Below are positions 25,651-32,000 of a stretch of 32,000 nt of DNA, piece after piece. The stretch lies in NCBI GenBank assembly GCA_049511795.1, contig JBEKXS010000001.1, positions 330,001 through 362,000 of the forward strand, in the 5' to 3' direction. This DNA comes from Candidatus Saccharimonadota bacterium. GTDB lineage: Archaea; Nanobdellota; Nanobdellia; Pacearchaeales; GW2011-AR1. The notes beneath the pieces are model-generated. The model was given only the letters and a program-made list of their open reading frames with translations. It had not been told where the DNA came from and made no database searches. Position numbers and translations under genes: made by a program. Every line of letters starts with the position of its first letter. The first letter of the stretch is position 1.

Positions 25651-25660
25651 ATATTTAAAT
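25651..25660 (+). promoter_or_regulatory. TATA box (ATATTTAAAT) about 25 nt upstream of the ATG at 25681
   Basis: Same box and spacing as at 4675 and 5606. Confidence 0.4.
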
Positions 25661-25680
25661 ACGAAAAACTTTCACTCATT

Positions 25681-26478
25681 ATGGGTAAAACCATAGGAAT
25701 TGTAAGTCTTAAAGGGGGTGTTGGCAAGACAAGCATTGTTGCTGCACTTGGAGGAGCTTTCTCAAACCTGGGAAAAAAAGTCCTTCTTGTTGACGGAAAC
25801 CTTTCCTCACCAAGCCTTGGACTGCATCTTAACCTTGTAGAACCAAAGGCAACGCTTCATGATGTTCTTAATAGGACTGCAGGAATAAAAGATGCCATAT
25901 ACAAGCTGGATAATTTTGATATAATGCCAGCATCTGTTTTTACCAATTTGAAAGTCAATCCGTTTCTTCTGAAAAGCCAGTTAAAAGAAGTAAAAAAGAA
26001 ATATGATGTGATTTTGCTTGACTCTTCTCCTTCTCTTGATGCAGAAACGCTTGGAGTAATGCTTGCTTCTGATGAAATCTTTGTTGTCACAACTCCAGAC
26101 CATCCAACAATGAGCGCAAGCATCAAGGCTGCGAAGATTGCAAAGCAGAGAGGAAATCCAATAACTGGAATAATTCTCAATAAAGTCCATAAGAAAGATT
26201 TTGAATTGCCTTTGTCAACTGTTGAAGATACTTTGGAAATGCCTGTTCTTGCTGTTGTTCCTTATGACACAAATGTTCTCCGCGCCTTGGCAAACATGCA
26301 GCCATATACTGTTTACAAGCCAAGAAGCGAAGGCAGCGAGGAATTAATGAAGCTTGCTGCAACCCTTTCTGGAGAGAAATATTCTGGAAAACCTTCTTTT
26401 ATGAATTTCTTCAGAGGATTTATTCCGACAAAACAAGATGTAAACAGAGAAATATTCTATGAAGGTTTTTTTAAATAA
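25681..26478 (+). CDS. minD: MinD/ParA-family P-loop ATPase
   Basis: Deviant Walker A SLKGGVGKTS and Walker B VILLDSSPS; 265 aa. Confidence 0.8.
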   Translation: MGKTIGIVSLKGGVGKTSIVAALGGAFSNLGKKVLLVDGNLSSPSLGLHLNLVEPKATLHDVLNRTAGIKDAIYKLDNFDIMPASVFTNLKVNPFLLKSQLKEVKKKYDVILLDSSPSLDAETLGVMLASDEIFVVTTPDHPTMSASIKAAKIAKQRGNPITGIILNKVHKKDFELPLSTVEDTLEMPVLAVVPYDTNVLRALANMQPYTVYKPRSEGSEELMKLAATLSGEKYSGKPSFMNFFRGFIPTKQDVNREIFYEGFFK

Positions 26479-26481
26479 AAA

Positions 26482-26554
26482 TAGCCCTGCCAGGATTCGA
26501 ACCTGGGTCTAAGGCGCCAAAGGCCTTCATACTTGACCGCTATACTACAGGGCT
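26482..26554 (-). tRNA. tRNA-Gln (UUG)
   Basis: Hand-folded canonical 73-nt cloverleaf. Acceptor AGCCCUG/CAGGGCU plus A73, anticodon arm AAGGC-CUUUGGC-GCCUU, T arm CCAGG-UUCGAAU-CCUGG. No encoded CCA. Confidence 0.9.
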
Positions 26555-26575
26555 ATAGCCAGAAAACAAAGTATT

Positions 26576-26585
26576 AATTTATAAG
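26576..26585 (-). promoter_or_regulatory. TATA box (CTTATAAATT on the minus strand) about 26 nt upstream of the tRNA-Gln 5' end
   Basis: Position and composition fit an archaeal tRNA promoter. Confidence 0.4.
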
Positions 26586-26590
26586 GGTTT

Positions 26591-26623
26591 TGATTAATCT
26601 GAATTGCTAACTCTACGGGACTT
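26591..26623. repeat. Left copy of an imperfect inverted repeat (IR-L)
   Basis: tgattaatctgaattgctaactctacgggactt matches the reverse complement of 30062-30095 at 29 of 34 aligned positions with one gap (hand alignment). Confidence 0.6.
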
Positions 26624-26633
26624 TTAGTAAGTC

Positions 26634-26643
26634 TTAAAAATAT
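26634..26643 (+). promoter_or_regulatory. TATA box (TTAAAAATAT) about 24 nt upstream of the ATG at 26662
   Basis: A/T box at leaderless spacing. Confidence 0.35.
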
Positions 26644-26661
26644 CCAAGCCGTTCAGATTTT

Positions 26662-27210
26662 ATGAAGATTGGAGAAACAGAACTTAATATAAACGGCAAG
26701 ACAATTAAAGCTTTAGTAACAAAATCTGAAAAGGGAGATAGAGAGCTTTTGAAAAGCCTTTATTCTGATTGGAAGAAACTTAATGATAGATTGAAGGCTA
26801 TTTCAACAAGAGGGATAAATATTCCTGAAGCAATAACTGAAAATGCCTTTGCGTTGTTCTTTCCAGACTGTATAAGAGTTGTCAGTCTTAAAGGAATGAA
26901 ATGCTCTTTTGATTGCATAAACACTAAGACAGGCTCAAGAATACAGATTAAGGCTTCAAGCATAGCTTCTGACCTGACTTCTTTCGGGCCGCGCTCTGAA
27001 TGGGACGAGCTGTTCTTTCTGGATTTCTCTGCAGGAAACGGCAGTTTCAAAGTATACAAAATAGAGCCAGACTGGGTTTACAAGCATAATGTAAACAGAA
27101 ATCAAACCTTTGAACAACAACAAGCACAGGGAAAAAGACCAAGGTTTTCTATAACAGAGAACATCATTAAGACAAGGAAACTAACACCAGTGAAAATCTG
27201 CAAATTATAG
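26662..27210 (+). CDS. Small PD-(D/E)xK-like nuclease, probable type II restriction endonuclease (possibly Bsp6I-like)
   Basis: 182 aa. Candidate catalytic pattern E56/E60...FD84-x10-Q95-I-K97 (PEAITENAF...SFDCINTKTGSRIQIKASS). Same strand as the C5-MTase at 29081. The family name is a recollection, not a search result. Confidence 0.4.
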   Translation: MKIGETELNINGKTIKALVTKSEKGDRELLKSLYSDWKKLNDRLKAISTRGINIPEAITENAFALFFPDCIRVVSLKGMKCSFDCINTKTGSRIQIKASSIASDLTSFGPRSEWDELFFLDFSAGNGSFKVYKIEPDWVYKHNVNRNQTFEQQQAQGKRPRFSITENIIKTRKLTPVKICKL

Positions 27211-27256
27211 AAAATTATATATACTAATTCAACTTTGATTTTTCAGAGGCAAAGGG

Positions 27257-27266
27257 TTTATAAATA
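27257..27266 (+). promoter_or_regulatory. TATA box (TTTATAAATA) about 20 nt upstream of the ATG at 27281
   Basis: Supports the plus-strand ORF over the antisense hydrophobic ORF at 27229-27441. Confidence 0.35.
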
Positions 27267-27280
27267 TCAAAAGAGGAAAA

Positions 27281-27499
27281 ATGAATATGACAAGTAAGTA
27301 TACAAAAATAGAATACATGAAAAGAAAAGAAATAAATTTGGATGCTGGAAATGCTTCTCCAAAAGCGAGAGCTATAATTGAAGCTACTGGAGCAGAGGAT
27401 AATTTAATTCTTAGAATTAGTATAAACTCTCCAGTTTTCATAGAAGATGCAGCACCCTTAACAGCAGAAGGTATTACTTCTATCTGTCAAGAAAATTAA
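27281..27499 (+). CDS. Hypothetical 72-aa protein
   Basis: Ordinary soluble composition, own TATA box, stop 2 nt before the next ATG. No recognisable motif. Confidence 0.35.
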   Translation: MNMTSKYTKIEYMKRKEINLDAGNASPKARAIIEATGAEDNLILRISINSPVFIEDAAPLTAEGITSICQEN

Positions 27500-27501
27500 A
27501 A

Positions 27502-27933
27502 ATGAGCTATGATTTCATAATCATAGACACCATAATTTGTGATTCTTATAACGAGGCTATGTATGATTTAAGTAATCCTTTTAGAGCTTCATTATTAAAA
27601 TTACAAGAAATATCTGGGAATAAAGTTGCCGATAAAAAGAGACCTTTATTGTTCATAACTCTTGACACAAAAGGATTAGTAGAAAAAAAGTGTGTCAATG
27701 TTAATAATGAACTTCCGATAACTTATAGTTGTTTATTAGGGGCTTGTGGAAACATTGATATTTTTGGTAAGGATGAAGCAGATTCTATATTAAAAAGTTC
27801 AAGCTTCTTAAAATGGATGGAAAGGAAATTTTGTATTCTCACTGGAAATTCTTTATTAAAAACAATGTTATCTGAGAATGGATTTGAAGTTTACGATTTA
27901 TCCCAAGTAGACACTTTAATAGGAAAATTATGA
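27502..27933 (+). CDS. Hypothetical 143-aa protein with an alpha/beta (Rossmann-like) pattern
   Basis: Alternating hydrophobic strands and amphipathic helices (DFIIIDTII, PLLFITLD, KFCILTGN, FEVYDL). No family recognised. Confidence 0.45.
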   Translation: MSYDFIIIDTIICDSYNEAMYDLSNPFRASLLKLQEISGNKVADKKRPLLFITLDTKGLVEKKCVNVNNELPITYSCLLGACGNIDIFGKDEADSILKSSSFLKWMERKFCILTGNSLLKTMLSENGFEVYDLSQVDTLIGKL

Positions 27934-28077
27934 TTTCTTTTTCTTAGGCTCTTTATCCCAACGGGAACTTTTACATTTAGGGCATATAAGAGGCTTCTCT
28001 TTCTCTGAACGAGGCTGCCATTTATATCCACAGTTATTGCACTTGTATCCTTTGACTTTAATCTCAATTTCTGGCAT
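27928..28077 (-). CDS. 49-aa zinc-ribbon protein (not in the ORF track)
   Basis: Hand-translated MPEIEIKVKGYKCNNCGYKWQPRSEKEKPLICPKCKSSRWDKEPKKKKS (CxxC-x17-CxxC, basic tail). An ATTTATAAGG box lies about 25 nt upstream on the minus strand. Confidence 0.4.
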   Translation of the reverse strand: MPEIEIKVKGYKCNNCGYKWQPRSEKEKPLICPKCKSSRWDKEPKKKKS

Positions 28078-28110
28078 ATCCTTTCTAAGAAATCACACCT
28101 TATAAATCTT

Positions 28111-28190
28111 ACTAATCATAGTAATACTTTACAATAGAAATGTTTATAAAGGTGGTATTACTATGTATAGTATGACTAATCATAGTAATA
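28111..28190. repeat. Two perfect 16-nt direct repeats plus an internal 10-nt inverted partner at the 5' end of the transposase gene
   Basis: actaatcatagtaata occurs at 28111-28126 and at 28175-28190. tattactatg at 28156-28165 is the reverse complement of catagtaata. Confidence 0.85.
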
Positions 28191-29077
28191 AGAAGATGGA
28201 ACAAAAAATAAAATGTCCGTATTGTAAGAATGAAAACATAGTTAGACGAGGACAGAGAAAGACGCAGAATAGAGGCATAATTCAAAGATACGGCTGTCAA
28301 GATTGCGGTAGGCGTTTTGTAGTTGATGATGGTTTTTGGAAAATGAAAAACGCTCCGCAGAAAGTAACCTTATGCCTTGACTTGTTTTATAGAGGAATTT
28401 CAACAAGAAAAGTGCAGGAGCACCTTCAGGCTTTCTATCCGCATAATAGCTCTAATGTTTCTATCTATAAATGGATTGTAAAATATTCAAAGATGATTTC
28501 AAGATTTACAGATAATCTTAAATTGAAAGTTGGAAAAGAGCTTCAGGTTGATGAAATGGAATTTAAGACTTCAGGAAGAAGGGCTTGGTTTATTGACAGC
28601 ATAGATACTGAAACAAGATTTATGGTTTCTTCTGAATTTTCAAAAAGAAGAGGCAGAAAAGAAATAATAAAAGTAATTGCAAGAGCAAAGAATAATACAG
28701 AAAATCAAATTAAGATATGCACAACTGACGGCTATACTGCATACGATAATGTTGTAAAAAAGATTTTTGGATATTGCCTTAAAACACATACTTGGAATGT
28801 TGTTCATAACAAAGTAACACAGCTTAGAGGACAGGGCTTTAATCACAAAGTTGAAAGAATGCACAGCAATATAAGAGCAAGAACAAAAACTTTCAGAAGT
28901 TTTCACGGCTCTGTTAATTCTGCAAATGCAGTTATGAAAGGGCTTTCAGTTTATTACAACTTCATAAGAGAACATCAAGCCATAGGAAAATGTCCTTATG
29001 AATTAGCTGTTCCAGAATTGAAACTTGGAATTAACAAATGGCACGATTTAATTAAACTTTCAAAGCAAAATAATTAA
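28163..29077 (+). CDS. IS6-like DDE transposase with an N-terminal zinc ribbon (archaeal type)
   Basis: CPYCKNENIVRRG...QRYGCQDCGRRF, then DDE candidates VDEMEF, TTDGYTAYD and NHKVERMHSNIRARTKTFRSF, then YYNFIREHQAIG. The true start may be the ATG at 28196 (MEQKIKCPYC). Confidence 0.75.
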   Translation: MYSMTNHSNKKMEQKIKCPYCKNENIVRRGQRKTQNRGIIQRYGCQDCGRRFVVDDGFWKMKNAPQKVTLCLDLFYRGISTRKVQEHLQAFYPHNSSNVSIYKWIVKYSKMISRFTDNLKLKVGKELQVDEMEFKTSGRRAWFIDSIDTETRFMVSSEFSKRRGRKEIIKVIARAKNNTENQIKICTTDGYTAYDNVVKKIFGYCLKTHTWNVVHNKVTQLRGQGFNHKVERMHSNIRARTKTFRSFHGSVNSANAVMKGLSVYYNFIREHQAIGKCPYELAVPELKLGINKWHDLIKLSKQNN

Positions 29078-29080
29078 AAG

Positions 29081-30046
29081 ATGGTAAGATATAGGGCTGG
29101 TATGGAACGAGGATTAAGGACATTAGATTTATTTGCAGGTGTTGGTGGAATAAGACTGGGTTTTGAAAATGCAGGATTTAATACTATTTTTGCAAATGAT
29201 TTTGATAAGACCTGCAAAGATACTTATGACTTGAATTTTTCAGAGCCTAAGCTTAATACAGAAGATATATGGAAATTAAATATAAGCAAAATTCCAGACT
29301 TTGATATATTGCTCGGTGGCTTTCCTTGTCAGGCTTTTTCTATTGCAGGATACAGAAAAGGGTTTAATGAAGAAAGAGGGAATTTATTTTTTAGAATTGC
29401 AGAGATTTTAGAAGAAAGAAGACCAGAAGCTTTTTTATTAGAGAATGTAAAAAATCTTAAAGGACACGATAAAGGAAACACTTTCAAAGTTATTGAAAAG
29501 ACTTTAAGAGAATTAGGCTATCACATTAAATCAAAGGTGCTTAATAGTATGGAATATGGGAATGTTCCACAGAACAGAGAAAGAATATTTATTGTTGGAT
29601 TTTTAGATAAAAAGAAAGAAGAAGCTTTTGAGTTTCCAGAGCCCATCAAATTAACAAAATCCTTTAAAGAGTTTACAGCAAAGGAAGCAGAAGATAAATA
29701 TTATTACAACGATAAGCCTCTTTATGAAAGAATAAAGAATGATATTAACTCTGAAGAAACAGTTTATCAGTGGCGTAGAAAATATGTAAGAGCAAATAAG
29801 AAAGGCGTTGTTCCAACATTAACAGCAAATATGGGATTAGGCGGTCATAATGTTCCTATAATCAAAAATCATAAAGGAATAAGAAAGCTAACACCAAAAG
29901 AAACCTTTATGCTCCAAGGTTTTCCAAAAGAGTTTAAGCTCCCTGAAAATCTTGCAGACAGCAAATTATATCATCAAGCAGGGAATAGCGTAACCGTTCC
30001 AGTAATTCAAAGGATAGCGGAAAATATGATTAAAGTATTATCTTAA
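29081..30046 (+). CDS. DNA (cytosine-5)-methyltransferase
   Basis: Motif I DLFAGVGGIRLGF, motif IV GGFPCQAFSIAG, motif VI ENVKNL, motif VIII QNRERIFIVG, motif X GNSVTVPV. Confidence 0.92.
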   Translation: MVRYRAGMERGLRTLDLFAGVGGIRLGFENAGFNTIFANDFDKTCKDTYDLNFSEPKLNTEDIWKLNISKIPDFDILLGGFPCQAFSIAGYRKGFNEERGNLFFRIAEILEERRPEAFLLENVKNLKGHDKGNTFKVIEKTLRELGYHIKSKVLNSMEYGNVPQNRERIFIVGFLDKKKEEAFEFPEPIKLTKSFKEFTAKEAEDKYYYNDKPLYERIKNDINSEETVYQWRRKYVRANKKGVVPTLTANMGLGGHNVPIIKNHKGIRKLTPKETFMLQGFPKEFKLPENLADSKLYHQAGNSVTVPVIQRIAENMIKVLS

Positions 30047-30061
30047 TTTTTTTGGGAGATT

Positions 30062-30095
30062 AAGTCCCGAAGAATTAACAATACATGATTAATCA
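30062..30095. repeat. Right copy of the imperfect inverted repeat (IR-R)
   Basis: aagtcccgaagaattaacaatacatgattaatca; its reverse complement aligns to 26591-26623. Confidence 0.6.
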
Positions 30096-30100
30096 GACTT

Positions 30101-30144
30101 TGCACGACAAAGTAATTCTGCACGAGAATAAAGGTTTCTGCACG
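30101..30144 (+). promoter_or_regulatory. Three direct copies of TGCACG(A/G) with 18- and 20-nt spacing, upstream of the degraded endonuclease gene
   Basis: cttTGCACGAc at 30101, ttcTGCACGAg at 30119, ttcTGCACGGa at 30139. The GC-containing hexamer stands out in an AT-rich spacer. Confidence 0.35.
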
Positions 30145-30185
30145 GAAATGCAAATGGTTAAAAGTTAAGGAATCTTTCTTGATTT

Positions 30186-30901
30186 ATGAATTTTAAAAGC
30201 ATCGAAAACCTTAAGGTTAATCTTAAAGAAATATCTGAAAAAGGGTTTATTGAGAATCATAGAGAAGGAGATAATGGAGGAGTTGGAAGGACTTTAGAAG
30301 ATGAAATGGGTATTATAGAGAATAATCTAAAAACAGGAGATTTTAAGGTTGGAGATGAATGGGTGGAATTAAAAACACAAAGAAGAAAGGCCGCAAATAG
30401 GATTACTCTATCAACAAAAGAACCTCAATGGATTATTAATAAGTTTGAAGCAGTTAAGAAAACTGGTTATAAAGATCATAAAGGAGAATTGGATTAAAAA
30501 TTACTTTGAGTGCTTTATCTTTTAATGCTAAAGGATATAAATTAGAAATTAAGGGAAATAAAATATCTATAATAAATAAAGTGTTAGGAGAAGTTTGTTT
30601 CTTTGATAAGAAGAAGTTAATTGAAATAATTAAAGAGAAATTAGGAGAAAATATGTTGTTTGTAATTGCGGATGCGAAAAAGAAGAATGATAAAGAATAT
30701 TTCCACTTTGTTGAAGCAGAATATTTTTCCCAATTTGATGAAGATGCATTTGAAGAAATGATAAAAGATGGAAAGATAATTTGGGAATTTAGATTACATC
30801 TAAAGTCAGATACTGCATTTAGAGATCATGGTTCTGGTTTTAGAGTTAATAGGAAATATTTGCATGAGATGTATAAAAAGAAAATTATTCTTCTTTCTTA
30901 G
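30186..30901 (+). pseudogene. MvaI/BcnI-family type II restriction endonuclease, disrupted by a frameshift
   Basis: Two ORFs in different frames (30186-30497; second frame open from 30482). The N part reads GGVGRTLEDEMGIIENNLKTGDF...VELKTQRRK..ITLSTKEP. The C part reads RDHGSGFRVNRKYL. Combined length is about 235 aa, the size I recall for BcnI. Confidence 0.6.
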
Positions 30902-31763
30902 CTGGTCTCCAGAAATCCAATATATATTCGAAGGTTGTTCCCATTGTAATATAATTATTGGGCCAACCAAAGATACCAGCTTTATTCACAAGATTCCTTC
31001 TATCCCATATTATTATATTTCTTAATTCATAACCAACTTTTTCCATTTCTTCTATTACATAAAGATGCATTGGAATTCTTTTATTTTCCCACCATAAATC
31101 AGTTATATTAATTACACAATGAGCTTTATGTTTTAATAAAGGAAGAATTTTTTCATATATTTTTGCTAACTCTTGCGAATACTGCTTAGGTTCCATTGTT
31201 CCTAAATCTCTTGGATTATTAGAATATTGTTGAACTTTTTTAAAATGAACATTTTGTCTATCTTTTCCCCTCATGCTTTTATTTAATCTTGGTCTATTCA
31301 GCATATTTGCATATGGAGGAGAAGTAACACATAAAGAAACAGATTCTTTTTCTAAATATTCTGGAATATTTAATGCATCATCATTTATTACAATCTGTTT
31401 AGAATTTCCAACAGAAGGTGTTTCTTCCAGTCTTTTTAATGCAAAATCAGTATATTGTTTGCTTAAATCTACTCCAACAGCATTTCTGTCTAAATCCCTT
31501 GCGGCAATGAGGGTGGTCCCTATTCCTACAAAAGGATCAAGAACCAATTCTCCTTTATGTGTAAATAGTTCAATACATCTTTGTGGGAGTTCAATAGGGA
31601 AAACAGCAGGATGTATGCTTTTGTCTCTTATGTCTCTTTTCCTGTAATAAAGTTCCCATAGAGCAACTTGAGCTTTCATCCATTCTTTTGCAGTTAAACA
31701 ATTAATATGATTATCTTGACAATCACAAGTTTTTTTGTATTTTATATCTAATTTCTTATTCAT
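30885..31763 (-). CDS. N4-cytosine/N6-adenine DNA methyltransferase (N6_N4_Mtase family, SPPY type)
   Basis: HPAVFPIELPQRCIELFTHKGELVLDPFVGIGTTLIAA (AdoMet-binding motifs) and VTSPPYANM (catalytic motif IV). Confidence 0.85.
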   Translation of the reverse strand: MNKKLDIKYKKTCDCQDNHINCLTAKEWMKAQVALWELYYRKRDIRDKSIHPAVFPIELPQRCIELFTHKGELVLDPFVGIGTTLIAARDLDRNAVGVDLSKQYTDFALKRLEETPSVGNSKQIVINDDALNIPEYLEKESVSLCVTSPPYANMLNRPRLNKSMRGKDRQNVHFKKVQQYSNNPRDLGTMEPKQYSQELAKIYEKILPLLKHKAHCVINITDLWWENKRIPMHLYVIEEMEKVGYELRNIIIWDRRNLVNKAGIFGWPNNYITMGTTFEYILDFWRPAKKEE

Positions 31764-31993
31764 TTTTTATTCAATTCATTTATCTCTTCTAATATTGCTT
31801 GTTTTGGGTTTTTCAATTTATAGATTGTTTTACGGGCATCTTTTTCAGACATTCTCATTTCAAGCCAGTCTGCTTTTCTTAATTCAGAAAGAAGGACTGC
31901 TATAGCATTATCATTATTAAGAATTTTTAAAGCTTGATCTTTAGTGAACTCTTTATCTTTTAATTTACTCCAGAGTTTAGCATAACGTTTCAT
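31760..31993 (-). CDS. Small helix-turn-helix-like protein, possible R-M-associated regulator
   Basis: 77 aa, helical, basic. Its stop overlaps the methyltransferase ATG by 4 nt. Function is inferred from context only. Confidence 0.35.
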   Translation of the reverse strand: MKRYAKLWSKLKDKEFTKDQALKILNNDNAIAVLLSELRKADWLEMRMSEKDARKTIYKLKNPKQAILEEINELNKK

Positions 31994-32000
31994 TATCCAT

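Noticed and set aside
26482-26661. tRNA-Gln as an integrase-type attachment site for the island
   Set aside because: The island lies on the 5' (promoter) side of the tRNA gene rather than the 3' side. I found no second copy of a tRNA 3' segment downstream and no integrase gene in the window.
27229-27441. 70-aa hydrophobic minus-strand ORF overlapping the 72-aa plus-strand ORF
   Set aside because: It has no TATA-like box upstream on the minus strand. The plus-strand ORF has one at the standard distance and is coupled to the next gene. It cannot be fully excluded without expression data.
28078-29110. Terminal inverted repeats and target duplication of the IS6-like element
   Set aside because: Hand comparison of both flanks found only weak AT-rich similarity. 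The right flank is only 3-24 nt long before the MTase gene. The element boundaries therefore remain undefined and no mobile_element feature is reported.
30480-30497. Programmed ribosomal frameshift in the MvaI/BcnI-like endonuclease
   Set aside because: There is no slippery heptamer or downstream structure that I can see. Inactivating frameshifts in restriction genes are common. Treated as a pseudogene or a possible sequencing error.

Overview
This is a visibly AT-rich archaeal chromosome segment. All family calls come from motifs read by eye, since no searches were possible. Informational and repair genes dominate: Hef helicase and XPF nuclease, RadA, an RPA-like ssDNA-binding protein, Endonuclease Q, a RecJ/GAN-like DHH nuclease, aIF2-alpha, aEF-1beta, Nop10, ribosomal protein S15, LigT, tRNA-Arg and tRNA-Gln. 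Short proteins, overlapping gene ends, a split Hef and several degenerate enzyme motifs suggest a small-genome, DPANN-like archaeon (inference). Two regions stand out. (1) nt 7599-17014 holds a complete, tightly packed type IV pilus-like operon. It runs from a secretion ATPase and a polytopic platform protein through about ten small ORFs to an A24 prepilin peptidase. Most of the small ORFs carry class III (prepilin-type) signal peptides. (2) nt 26555-32000, next to tRNA-Gln, is an accessory island. It contains a 3.5-kb cassette bracketed by imperfect ~34-nt inverted repeats. The cassette carries a small PD-(D/E)xK-like nuclease, two coupled ORFs of unknown function, a 49-aa zinc-ribbon ORF, an IS6-like transposase and a C5 cytosine methyltransferase. 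Beyond it lies a second R-M module with a frameshifted MvaI/BcnI-like endonuclease, an intact SPPY-type methyltransferase and a small wHTH-like ORF. The unknown ORFs inside the repeat-bounded cassette are the best candidate for an undescribed system. The pilus locus with its unprocessed mini-peptides comes second. No CRISPR array, rRNA or intein was seen.
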